From an uncultured Acidimicrobiia bacterium (GTDB lineage Bacteria; Actinomycetota; Aquicultoria; CAJVYJ01; JAUVQD01), in assembly GCA_964196305.1 (NCBI GenBank), contig CAXMSJ010000077.1, positions 1 to 42,867 of the forward strand: a DNA stretch of 42,867 nt. The letters run 5' to 3'. The notes beneath the pieces were generated by a model. That model was given only the letters and a program-made list of their open reading frames with translations, was not told the origin of the DNA and searched no databases. The number at the start of each line of letters is the position of its first letter. Position 1 is the stretch's first letter. This document shows positions 8,612 to 17,461 of the stretch, piece after piece. The position numbers and the translations under genes were made by a program.

Positions 8612-9568
8612 ATGATCGAACTGCAAAACGTCAAGAAAAGCTTTGGCGACACGCTAGCGGTAAGCGATTTGTCCTTGATGATCGGCGAGGGCCAAGTCGT
8701 TGGGTTTCTCGGCCCCAATGGGGCTGGAAAAAGCACGACAATGCGCATGATCACGGGCTTTCTCGCTCCCGATGCCGGTCAGATCTTAGTCAATGGCGAG
8801 AGTGTTTTGGAAAACCCCCGGGCGACCAAGTCGCTAATCGGCTATTTGCCGGAGAATAACCCGCTTTACGAAGAGATGCTTGTCCGGGACTACCTGCGCT
8901 TCACGGAGCAGCTGCGCCCCGGAGCCGGAACAGGAGCGATTGAGAGAGCAGTCGCCCAGACCGGCATTGAAACAGTTTATTATCGACCGATCAGCGAGCT
9001 ATCAAAGGGATTTCGCCAGCGGGTCGGGCTGGCGCAGGCGATCCTTCATCAACCAGACATATTGATCTTGGATGAACCGACAGAGGGGCTCGACCCCAAC
9101 CAGCGCGTCGAGATTCGCTCGCTGATTAAAGAGATTGGGCGTAAGCGGACCGTTGTTCTTAGCACCCACGTTCTGCAAGAAGTCCGTAGTACTTGCGATC
9201 GGGTGATCATTATCGACAAAGGTCGTCTGGTGGCGGATGCTGACATTGAGACCCTGATGAGCCAAGCCCAAGGAGCCAAGCACGTCGTTGTTGAGGTGCA
9301 AGGGTCCAAGCCGGATCGGGCCATCCAGGGCTTACCCGGAGTCCTTTCCGTCGAATCCCACTCCGGCGCAGCCCGCGGTCGCCATCGATTGACGGTGACG
9401 GCTGAGGGCGACGCGGAACTGCGACCCCTCCTCTTCGAGCTGGCCAAAGAGCATGATTGGACCATATGGGAGTTGTTTCAAGAAGAAGTTTCTTTGGAGG
9501 ACGTGTTCCGCCATCTAACCGTTGGGACGGAGCGCGATACTGAAGTCACGGGTGGGGCCGATGACTAG
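8612..9568 (+). CDS. ABC transporter ATP-binding protein, GldA-like
   Basis: Walker A GPNGAGKS, signature LSKGFRQR, Walker B ILILDEP and H-loop LSTH. Confidence 0.92.
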   Translation: MIELQNVKKSFGDTLAVSDLSLMIGEGQVVGFLGPNGAGKSTTMRMITGFLAPDAGQILVNGESVLENPRATKSLIGYLPENNPLYEEMLVRDYLRFTEQLRPGAGTGAIERAVAQTGIETVYYRPISELSKGFRQRVGLAQAILHQPDILILDEPTEGLDPNQRVEIRSLIKEIGRKRTVVLSTHVLQEVRSTCDRVIIIDKGRLVADADIETLMSQAQGAKHVVVEVQGSKPDRAIQGLPGVLSVESHSGAARGRHRLTVTAEGDAELRPLLFELAKEHDWTIWELFQEEVSLEDVFRHLTVGTERDTEVTGGADD

Positions 9569-11792
9569 ACGCGTTTGGGTGCTGGCCCGTAAAGAGCTGA
9601 AGGGCTTCTTCGATTCATCTATGGCCTATGTCCTACTGACGGTCTGGTCGGCCTTGAGCGCGTACTTCTTTTTTCGGGCGGCCTACTTGATAGGAGAGGC
9701 CTCGATCCGACCGTTATTTGAGATTCTCCCGTGGCTGCTGCTCTTCTTTGTTCCCGCAGTGACGATGCGTTCTGTGGCGGCGGAAAAGAAAGAAGGCACT
9801 CTCGAGCTGCTTCTTTCCCACCCAATCAGTGAAGCGGAGGTTGTTGCCGGGAAACTCGTGGCCAACGTGCTCTTTATGTTAAGCGCTCTGTTGTTAACCC
9901 TGACTATCCCGCTGGGGCTCTCCTTGGGCGGACAACTTGATCTGGGGATGGTTGTCGGGCAGTACGCTGGGGCTATCTTCCTAGTGTTGGGCTTGGGTTC
10001 GATCGGGCTGTTTGCCTCATCTACCGGTCGCAATCAGACAACCGCGTTTATCGTGTCTCTGGCGCTTTGCTTCGTGTTTATCGCTACCGGGCTGGACTTT
10101 GTGCTGACGGCGATCCCCTCGCGGCTGACCGACACAGTTCGACAATTAAGCGCCCTGACTCACTTCGAGTCGATGGCCCGGGGGGTGTTGGCGCTGGCCG
10201 ATGTGGCCTACTTTCTGGCACTGACGGTGGTGTTCTCTACTCTTAGCTATTTTCTCCTCCGTCGTGACCGAGAGGCTGTACAGACTGCCAGATATCGGAC
10301 TCTGCGACTGGGCACGGCTCTAATTTCGGCCGTCAGCATCTTGGCGGCCTTGATCGCCACCAGCATTGGCGGACGGCTGGACCTAACGGCAGATCGCGTT
10401 TATTCTCTCTCATCAGCCAGCGTAAAGCTGGTACGACAATTACCGGAACCAGTGGCGATCACTTTATACGCGTCTAGCGAGTTGCCTCCAGAAGCAGAGG
10501 TCGCCTACCGGGATGTCCGAGACAAGATTGTTGATTATCAGGCAGTCAGCCGCGGGCGCGTCAAGGCTATAGTGCGGCGTTCCGGCAACAGTCCCGAGGA
10601 CGCTCAAAAGATTGCGGAAGCCGGCATACAGGTCGTTCAATTCAATGTACTTCGTCAGGATGAACTCCAAGTCAAACAAGGACACCTGGGCTTGACGGTC
10701 GAATACCAGGACCAGCGTGAGTCGATGCCGTTTGTCGGCCAGACGACCGACCTCGAATATCAATTGACCAGTCTTATCCGAAAAGTCAGCAGCGATAAAA
10801 GGAAGAAAGTCGGGTTTATTCTCGGAGACAAGGCTCGCAGCCCAGTCGACCCGCTGAACATGGGGGCCGGACAGGACGATGGCTATTTAGCTTGGCAGTC
10901 AGGCTTACGAGAGCAGTACGAGGTGGAGGAGCTTGTCGTGGATGGCCGGGATAAGATACCGGCCGATACCGACGTCGTCATCATCGCCGGCTTTACGGAC
11001 AAGGTGAGCACAGACACAATTCCGGCTGTCGCCAAGTTCCTTAAGGGCGGCGGTTCGGTGTTGGCCCTGGTGGACGCGGTCGACGTAGACCAGCTGACAT
11101 TGCAGGTAGAGCCGGTTAAAAATGCCTTGACTGACTTTGTTGCTGATCAGGGCTTGGTGGTAGAGGAGAAGCTTGTTTTTGATATGGAGTCGAATCAATC
11201 TGTGGCCTTAGGCGCCCAGCAGAGCCAGTTTCTCGTACCGTATCCGTTCTGGCTCAGGGCGGGTCCGGCTTCGGAACACGCCGTTGTTCGGGGCCTTGGC
11301 TCAGTGACCCTCCCGTGGGCACAGCCGGTTCGCATCAAGAAGGACGCGGACAAGGTGGAGCCGCTGTTGACGACCACGCAGTTCGCCGGCGTCCAAGAAA
11401 AGATCTTCAACTTGGCTCCCCAGGCGGAGATGCAGGTCAACCCAGGTGATTTGCAGGAGTATACTCTGGCCGCCGCGCGCCAAGTGCCGGGAGGCGGTCG
11501 TCTGGTCGTGGTTGGTAATTCTGCCTTTCTGACAGATAAGTTTTTGGCCGGGGGTAGGAGTGAAAACGGTTTCTTCGGGCTGAATGCGGTTGATTGGTTG
11601 GCCCAAGATCTGTCTCTATCTCAAATCCGCTCTAAGGCTGCCCAGAGTCGACTCTTGGTTTTTAGCTCGGAAGCTGTCCGTGACCTGGTCCGATACTTCA
11701 ACCTGATCATGGTGCCCTTATTGGTGGCATTGGTGGGCGTGGCGAGGATGGCCGGACGGCGGCGGCTGACAACTAAGGAGTATGGCGCATGA
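9561..11792 (+). CDS. Fused ABC-2 permease (GldF-like) and GldG-family auxiliary component
   Basis: The N-half is a 6-TM permease (KELKGFFDS..AY, PAVTMRSVAAEKKEGTLELLLSHP). The C-half is GldG-like (RLDLTADRVYSLS, EYQLTSLI, GRLVVVGNS, NAVDWL) with a C-terminal TM. ATG 9561 overlaps the ATPase stop. Confidence 0.88.
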   Translation: MTRRVWVLARKELKGFFDSSMAYVLLTVWSALSAYFFFRAAYLIGEASIRPLFEILPWLLLFFVPAVTMRSVAAEKKEGTLELLLSHPISEAEVVAGKLVANVLFMLSALLLTLTIPLGLSLGGQLDLGMVVGQYAGAIFLVLGLGSIGLFASSTGRNQTTAFIVSLALCFVFIATGLDFVLTAIPSRLTDTVRQLSALTHFESMARGVLALADVAYFLALTVVFSTLSYFLLRRDREAVQTARYRTLRLGTALISAVSILAALIATSIGGRLDLTADRVYSLSSASVKLVRQLPEPVAITLYASSELPPEAEVAYRDVRDKIVDYQAVSRGRVKAIVRRSGNSPEDAQKIAEAGIQVVQFNVLRQDELQVKQGHLGLTVEYQDQRESMPFVGQTTDLEYQLTSLIRKVSSDKRKKVGFILGDKARSPVDPLNMGAGQDDGYLAWQSGLREQYEVEELVVDGRDKIPADTDVVIIAGFTDKVSTDTIPAVAKFLKGGGSVLALVDAVDVDQLTLQVEPVKNALTDFVADQGLVVEEKLVFDMESNQSVALGAQQSQFLVPYPFWLRAGPASEHAVVRGLGSVTLPWAQPVRIKKDADKVEPLLTTTQFAGVQEKIFNLAPQAEMQVNPGDLQEYTLAAARQVPGGGRLVVVGNSAFLTDKFLAGGRSENGFFGLNAVDWLAQDLSLSQIRSKAAQSRLLVFSSEAVRDLVRYFNLIMVPLLVALVGVARMAGRRRLTTKEYGA

Positions 11793-12322
11793 GCCAGACG
11801 ACCGTAAACAGATTGATGCAGGCGGTGGCCGTTTTGGTCGTTGTCTATGCCTTGATATTGTTCAATCAGGGGCGCCAGACATCCTCGGGTCTTGCCCGGC
11901 CGGCCGATCTTGCCGGACTAAACACCACAGCAGATAAGCTGGTGGTAAAGTCAGGGACGACGACGGTTGAGCTAAAACGTGAGGGCCCAGACTGGTTTAT
12001 TGACAAGGAGCCGGTCAAACAGGAAAAAGCAGAGGCCCTCCTTTCTTCCCTGGAGACGCTGGAATTCAGCCGGGTGGTATCCGAAGGCGGCGAGACCGCC
12101 ATCGACTATGGCCTAGAAGCGGGAAGCAAGAGCATCGCGATTTTTCAGGGACAGAATGAGCTACGGCGCATCGAGGTCGGTCGGTCCTCGGGAATAGACC
12201 GGTTTTTTGCCCGGCTTGGCGGCGAATCGCGGATTTATGAAGCTGAGGGTGGATTAGCCGTTCTCCTGGATGAACCGTTGTCGTCGTGGACATCCAAAGA
12301 TACGTCAGCCACCGGGCCCTAA
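11789..12322 (+). CDS. DUF4340-like membrane-anchored protein
   Basis: N-terminal TM, 'L.R.G..W' and 'YGL......I......L.VG' patterns, and the usual position after gldG. ATGA overlap with the upstream gene. Confidence 0.75.
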   Translation: MSQTTVNRLMQAVAVLVVVYALILFNQGRQTSSGLARPADLAGLNTTADKLVVKSGTTTVELKREGPDWFIDKEPVKQEKAEALLSSLETLEFSRVVSEGGETAIDYGLEAGSKSIAIFQGQNELRRIEVGRSSGIDRFFARLGGESRIYEAEGGLAVLLDEPLSSWTSKDTSATGP

Positions 12323-12330
12323 GAGAAGCC

Positions 12331-13395
12331 ATGCAGACCAGGATTGAGAGGCTAGAGCGACGGCGAAGACGGGCCGCTCGGCGCAGATGGACTGCCTGGT
12401 CGCTTGTCGGGTTGCTGGTCGCCCTGACCGTCGTCGAGTTGGTTCGCACCTCCCCTTCTTCTTTGCTGGAGACCGCGAAAGCTCGTGAGGTCAAGGTCAG
12501 CGAGACGACAGCTTCAGCGGAAAGCGAGCCCCAGCCCCCCGAGCCGAAGACCTTGCGACTGCAGGTCATCAGCGCTGCGACCAGCGAGATTATTCCCAGA
12601 GCGGTTGTGCGGGTAGCCCGGACATATCTGACGGCGGATGCGAGCGGGACCGTCGACATTCCCAGCGTATTTGCTGAGGTCGTTGAGGTAAGCATTCGGG
12701 CACCGGGGTATGATATTCTCCACCGACAGTTGGCTTTGTCTGCCGGCGACAACTTTGAGACTGTGGCTCTTGAGATCCAGGTATCGGATGAGTTGTCGGA
12801 GGCAGAGACGAGTGCGACCCCCGCCTACTTGACGATCGATGATGGTCCCCACCAAAGCTACACGTCGCAAGTACTGGATATATTGGCAAACGAGAAGGTT
12901 AGAGCCACCTTCTTTATTGTGGGACAGCGGGCGGAAGCAGCCCCCGACGTAGTTCGGCGTATCTATCTGGAGGGCCATGAACTTGGCAACCATACGTATT
13001 CACATGATTATGACGCTTTATATGCTGGGACCGCAGCGGCGTATATCGACTCGTTACACGATACGGGGGCAGTGATTGAGAAGATCGTTGGTTTTAAGCC
13101 CAGCTTGACCAGGCCACCCGGCGGTGAGGCTGGAAATTTTCGGCCCGGTTGGCGCGAGGCGATCCGGTCAGCTGGATATACGACCGTGCTTTGGAATGTG
13201 ACCAGTGGTGACGGGACGGAGACGACCGCCGGAAGGATGTCGGAGACCGTTGGAGAACACCTTGACCGTTTGGCCCCTAAAGCGTCGCCGGTAATCCTAA
13301 CTCACGATGTCCGTGCGACGATCATTGAGGCGCTCCCGGGCATACTCCGGGAGGTCAGTAGTCGTGGCTACCAGCTACAGGCTTGGCCCGACTAG
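12331..13395 (+). CDS. Membrane-anchored polysaccharide deacetylase (NodB/CE4) with an N-terminal beta-sandwich domain
   Basis: Motifs YLTIDDGP, ATFFIVG, GHELGNHTYSH, RPPGG and ILTHD. An Arg-rich N-terminus precedes the TM helix. Confidence 0.88.
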   Translation: MQTRIERLERRRRRAARRRWTAWSLVGLLVALTVVELVRTSPSSLLETAKAREVKVSETTASAESEPQPPEPKTLRLQVISAATSEIIPRAVVRVARTYLTADASGTVDIPSVFAEVVEVSIRAPGYDILHRQLALSAGDNFETVALEIQVSDELSEAETSATPAYLTIDDGPHQSYTSQVLDILANEKVRATFFIVGQRAEAAPDVVRRIYLEGHELGNHTYSHDYDALYAGTAAAYIDSLHDTGAVIEKIVGFKPSLTRPPGGEAGNFRPGWREAIRSAGYTTVLWNVTSGDGTETTAGRMSETVGEHLDRLAPKASPVILTHDVRATIIEALPGILREVSSRGYQLQAWPD

Positions 13396-13398
13396 CGA

Positions 13399-14727
13399 CT
13401 ATAGGCGCTCGGCGATCAGGGTGGCCAGTTCGGAGCGGACGCCTCGGGCCAAGGTGATGTGTCCGACGCTCGGTTCGCTCTTGAGGCTTTCAATGACATG
13501 AGTCAGGCCGTTGGTCACGGTGTCGAGCAACGGGTGGTCTATCTGGGACAAATCTCCGGTCAGGCAAGCACGGCTGTTGGCTCCGACCCGGGTAAGAACA
13601 CTTTTTATCTCAGAGCGCTCAAGGTTCTGACATTCGTCGATCAGGATAAACTGGTTGGGGATCGATCGGCCGCGAATATAGCTTAGAACACCAACTTCGA
13701 TGATCCCATCTTCAAACAAGTGATCGATACTGTCTGGGTTTCGGCCATCAAAATCAAGCAGGTGCTCGAGATTGTCCTTGAAAGGTTTCAACCACACCGA
13801 CATCTTCTCGTCGAGCGAGCCGGGGAGGAAGCCGATATCTTTGCCCATAGGGATGACGGGCCTAGATACGAGCAGGCGCGAAAAGAGGTCTTGCTGTACC
13901 ACTAGCTCCATCCCAGCCATTAGCGCCAGCAAGGTTTTGCCGGTCCCCGCTGACCCGGCCAGAGTAACCAGGTCAACTTTCTTGTCCATGAGCAGTTCCA
14001 AGGCGAATTCTTGCTCAATGTTCTTCGGCAGGACTGAATAGTTGAAGGTGTGTTTGGAAAAGGGCTTGAGGACTAGACGGTTTTGTTCGTGGTGGGCTCG
14101 GCCGACGGCACTCTGCTTGCCAGCCGTCAGGATGACGAGTTCGTTTGGATAGAGCGGGAGGTCGTCAAACCCCTCTCCGGATAGTTCGAGACTTTTCTTG
14201 CGGTAGTAATCATCGATTATTTCAGCGGCAACTTCTATCTTGATCTGCCCGGAGTAGAGCTCATCGATTTCGACGCGTTCCCGGCGGTACTCTTCTGCCT
14301 CAATGCCTAACGCGCCGGCCTTAATGCGCAGATTGGCGTCCTTGGTCACCAGAATCACCGCGCCCTGCCCACTTTGAGACAGGTGGTAGGCGGTGGCCAA
14401 TATCCGGTTATCGGCCGTCTCACTGTGGATGACAGCCGGCAGGGAGTCGATCGGCGTGTGGTTTAGTTCGATTCTCAGTCGCCCGCCATCAGGCAGGTCA
14501 ACGCCATCCTTGAAGTGCTCGGGATCCTTGGTTCTCAGGGTTTCCAGTTCGCGAATCGCTTGGCGGGCGCACTGGCCGCCCTGGTCCTGGCGACCCTTGA
14601 GGTGATCTAGCTCTTCGATGACCGTAATCGGCAGAACGACCTCATGCTCGTGAAACTTGTACATGGCCAGCGGGTCGCTGACCAGAACATTTGTGTCGAT
14701 AACGTAGCGCTTGCGTGGGCTGCTCAT
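13399..14727 (-). CDS. PIN-PhoH ATPase (PhoH2/YlaK-like)
   Basis: PIN motifs VIDTNVL, ADNRIL and LVTKDANLRIKA; Walker A GSAGTGKT; RGRSI; DECQN. The start is probably MSSPRK (14727) rather than 14787. Confidence 0.92.
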   Translation of the reverse strand: MSSPRKRYVIDTNVLVSDPLAMYKFHEHEVVLPITVIEELDHLKGRQDQGGQCARQAIRELETLRTKDPEHFKDGVDLPDGGRLRIELNHTPIDSLPAVIHSETADNRILATAYHLSQSGQGAVILVTKDANLRIKAGALGIEAEEYRRERVEIDELYSGQIKIEVAAEIIDDYYRKKSLELSGEGFDDLPLYPNELVILTAGKQSAVGRAHHEQNRLVLKPFSKHTFNYSVLPKNIEQEFALELLMDKKVDLVTLAGSAGTGKTLLALMAGMELVVQQDLFSRLLVSRPVIPMGKDIGFLPGSLDEKMSVWLKPFKDNLEHLLDFDGRNPDSIDHLFEDGIIEVGVLSYIRGRSIPNQFILIDECQNLERSEIKSVLTRVGANSRACLTGDLSQIDHPLLDTVTNGLTHVIESLKSEPSVGHITLARGVRSELATLIAERL

Positions 14728-14856
14728 CGTATGGTTATCATACTTGACGGTGGAGTGGTTTTCCAGCTCTGGCCTGATAGGCATCACGGGCAGCTCGTTT
14801 CCTGCGAGCCACCCGCGATACGATCAGTTTCCGGCGGGGAAATATGGGGTTTGGAG

Positions 14857-15507
14857 CTAGATCAAAAGGCCCTGGTATTCGAAGTTGACTATCTCCTGAG
14901 CCAACTGTTCAAGTGGAACACCGAGGTCGCGCCCACGCACGAAGCGTTCAAAGGACAGGTGGTAAACCATGCCGACCATTGATTGGGCGATGATCTTTGT
15001 ATCTAGCTGCCTAAAGTAGCCATCTTGAATGCCAACGCGCAGATGGAGCTCAACATGCTCCACGAGCGCTTCTTTGAGGCTGATCAACATCTTGTCGATG
15101 GCTGGGTCGATACTGGATGAATCGGTCAGGATCAACCGTAGAATAGCTTCTTCCGATTCGAGCAGGCGAAACAGCTCGATCATCAAGCGCAAGCTGTTCT
15201 CCCGGGCCTCGTTAGCCGTTTTCACTTGCTTGCGCACGGCTGAAGCCGCGGCTAAGTGGTCAAGGACTCTTTGGCAGCAGCCGCTTACTAAACGGAAATA
15301 GATGTCCTGTTTGTTCTTGAAATATAGATAAAAAGTGCCTTGGGCTACTTTAGCCTCGCCGACTATGTCTGAGACCTTGGTGTCATGGAATCCTTGGCGG
15401 GCAAAGACCCGTGCCGCGGCAGCAAGCAAGTCTGAAGCACGGTCGGGGGTTTTCTCGACCGTGGCTTCTTCAGAGCCGACTATAGCGATGCGCTTGCTGA
15501 CTGACAT
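14857..15507 (-). CDS. TetR/AcrR family transcriptional regulator
   Basis: HTH signature AAARVFARQGFHDTKVSDIVGEAKVAQGTFYLYFKNK. The start at ATG 15507 is chosen from the promoter position. Confidence 0.92.
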   Translation of the reverse strand: MSVSKRIAIVGSEEATVEKTPDRASDLLAAAARVFARQGFHDTKVSDIVGEAKVAQGTFYLYFKNKQDIYFRLVSGCCQRVLDHLAAASAVRKQVKTANEARENSLRLMIELFRLLESEEAILRLILTDSSSIDPAIDKMLISLKEALVEHVELHLRVGIQDGYFRQLDTKIIAQSMVGMVYHLSFERFVRGRDLGVPLEQLAQEIVNFEYQGLLI

Positions 15508-15543
15508 GTCAGTCATCTTATCACAGGATGCTCAGGCAATCAA
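15498..15543 (-). promoter_or_regulatory. tetR promoter and 18-bp perfect palindromic operator TGACTGACATGTCAGTCA
   Basis: The palindrome is at 15498-15515. On the minus strand TTGATT-17 nt-TAAGAT abuts it, a typical TetR autorepression layout. Confidence 0.8.
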
Positions 15544-15548
15544 GCGTT

Positions 15549-16361
15549 CTAGATGGACTTTCCGCTATCGACGGCGGCTTTAAGTTTTAGAAAGAGCTCG
15601 TGCGCTTCCTCGGGGTCGATGTTGTCGTGGACGACTGCCCGGACGGCGCGGATCATTGGAACCGGGTAGTCCGATTGCCAGATATTGCGGCCCATGTCGA
15701 CACCGGCCGCACCCTTGGCAATGGCGTCGTGAGCCAACCGGAGCGCATCCATCTCTGTCTCAAGTTTCGGGCCACCGGCAATGACCACCGGCACCGGACA
15801 GCCTTCGACCACTTTCTCAAAGTCGTCGCAGTAGTATGTCTTGACGAAATGCGCTCCCAGCTCCGCTGCGATCCGGCAACATAGGCCCAAATATCTAGCA
15901 TCTCGCTTCTCAAGCTCCTTGCCGACGGCAGTTACAGCCAGGACAGGGATGCCGCATGATTCGCCCTCGTCAACCAACTCAGACAAGCTTTGCAGGGTCT
16001 GTTGTTCGTACTCGGTGCCCACAAAGATTGATAGAGCCACGGCGGCTACGTTGAGACGGATGGCATCCTCGAACGAGACTGTTAGACACTCGTCGGCTAG
16101 TGTCGGGCCGACCACGCTGGTCCCGCCGGAGACTCGCAAGACTATTGGAGTATCTGTGCCCGGATCGACGGACGTTCGTAACACCCCGCGCGTCAGCATC
16201 AGAGCATCGGCGTCGGCCAAGAGCGGCTTTATCGTAGCCGCCGGGTTTTCCAGACATCTGGTTGGGCCAAGAAAATACCCATGATCAACGGCGAGCATGA
16301 CAGTTTTGCCGTCAACCGGATCAATAATCCGATTAAGGCGGTTTTTCATTCCCCAGTCCAT
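15549..16361 (-). CDS. lsrF: LsrF-family thiolase/class I aldolase
   Basis: The diagnostic N-terminus MDWGMKNRLNRI...TVMLAVDHGYFLGP, plus AAELGAHFVKTYY, VIAGGPK and GVDMGRNIWQ. Confidence 0.88.
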   Translation of the reverse strand: MDWGMKNRLNRIIDPVDGKTVMLAVDHGYFLGPTRCLENPAATIKPLLADADALMLTRGVLRTSVDPGTDTPIVLRVSGGTSVVGPTLADECLTVSFEDAIRLNVAAVALSIFVGTEYEQQTLQSLSELVDEGESCGIPVLAVTAVGKELEKRDARYLGLCCRIAAELGAHFVKTYYCDDFEKVVEGCPVPVVIAGGPKLETEMDALRLAHDAIAKGAAGVDMGRNIWQSDYPVPMIRAVRAVVHDNIDPEEAHELFLKLKAAVDSGKSI

Positions 16362-16430
16362 TTTTCCTCCAAAAATTTAAGGTCAGTTAATGATAGTCGT
16401 ACCTTAGCAAAATCGGACGTATGGCGCTAA

Positions 16431-17459
16431 TCAGCGATGTGGATAGACAATCACCTTGATAGATTCACGCCCCTCTTCGACCAGGTGGAACCCTTCTTCA
16501 ATTTCTGAAAACGGCAGGCGATGCGTTATCAGGTCAGCTACCTTTACGCGCCCGGCCGCGATTAACTTGAGCGCGGTAGCGTGGTCAGCGCGGTCTCCGG
16601 CATAGGAAGACGTCAGAGTTATTTCATTTCGCCAGAAAATATCGTTGATCGGTTTCTCGATCTTCACCTCGTTCTTGGTGGCCGCGAAAAAGAGTATGGT
16701 TCCGCCGCGCTCCACTGAGTCGAGCGCCTGCGCGACGGCAGTCGGGGCGCCGGCGCATAAGACGACCTGATCGGCCAGGCGACCCTCGTTGAGGTCTCGA
16801 ATCTTAGCGGGGACATCTTCTGTGGCATTGAAGGCGGTATCGGCGCCGACGCGCTTGGCGGCCTGGAGCTTGTATTCATTGATGTCGACTGCGAAGATGC
16901 GTCCGGCGCCGGACGCCGCAGCCAGCTGGATATGTAGCAGTCCGGCCATACCAGCGCCAATGACTAATACCGTCTGTCCGGCCTCGAATCGGGCGGCCTT
17001 CTGCCCCCGGATCACACAGGCCAGTGGCTCCACAAAAGTGGCTTCGTCAAACCCGATCTCCTCCGGGAGGCGGAAGAGACCCCGGTCGACATTGAGAGCC
17101 GGCAGCCTGAGATATTCCGCAAACCCCCCGGGGTCGAAGTTTGTGGTGCGCAGAGTGTCGCAGACCGTGGCATGGCCACTCAAACAGTAGTGACAGGTCT
17201 GGCAGGGCACATGGTGGGCGGCAGTCACTCGGTCGCCGACCGCGATGCCTTTAACCTCGTCGCCGATTTCTGAGACGGTCCCGGCAATTTCGTGCCCCAA
17301 GATCAGCGGAGCCCGGTGGATGCGATACCATTCCAACACATCTGTTCCGCAGATCCCACTGGCCTCGACCTTGATGACCACCTCGCCGGTTGCTGCTTTG
17401 GGGTGGGGGCGATCTTCTAACCGGATGTCGCTGTTGCTGTAGTAGACTGCAGTTCGCAA
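16431..17459 (-). CDS. Zn-dependent medium-chain dehydrogenase (sorbitol/threonine dehydrogenase-like)
   Basis: Catalytic Zn site CGTD and GHE, structural Zn site CQTCHYC..C, and Rossmann motif GAGMAG. TTG start. Confidence 0.9.
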   Translation of the reverse strand: MRTAVYYSNSDIRLEDRPHPKAATGEVVIKVEASGICGTDVLEWYRIHRAPLILGHEIAGTVSEIGDEVKGIAVGDRVTAAHHVPCQTCHYCLSGHATVCDTLRTTNFDPGGFAEYLRLPALNVDRGLFRLPEEIGFDEATFVEPLACVIRGQKAARFEAGQTVLVIGAGMAGLLHIQLAAASGAGRIFAVDINEYKLQAAKRVGADTAFNATEDVPAKIRDLNEGRLADQVVLCAGAPTAVAQALDSVERGGTILFFAATKNEVKIEKPINDIFWRNEITLTSSYAGDRADHATALKLIAAGRVKVADLITHRLPFSEIEEGFHLVEEGRESIKVIVYPHR

Positions 17460-17461
17460 AG

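Noticed and set aside
8612-12322. Gliding motility machinery
   Set aside because: GldAFG-like ABC systems are widespread in non-gliding bacteria, and no gldJ-N or T9SS genes are present here.
15549-16361. A complete AI-2 quorum-sensing (lsr) locus
   Set aside because: Only lsrF is present. There is no lsrK, lsrR, lsrG or transporter in the window.
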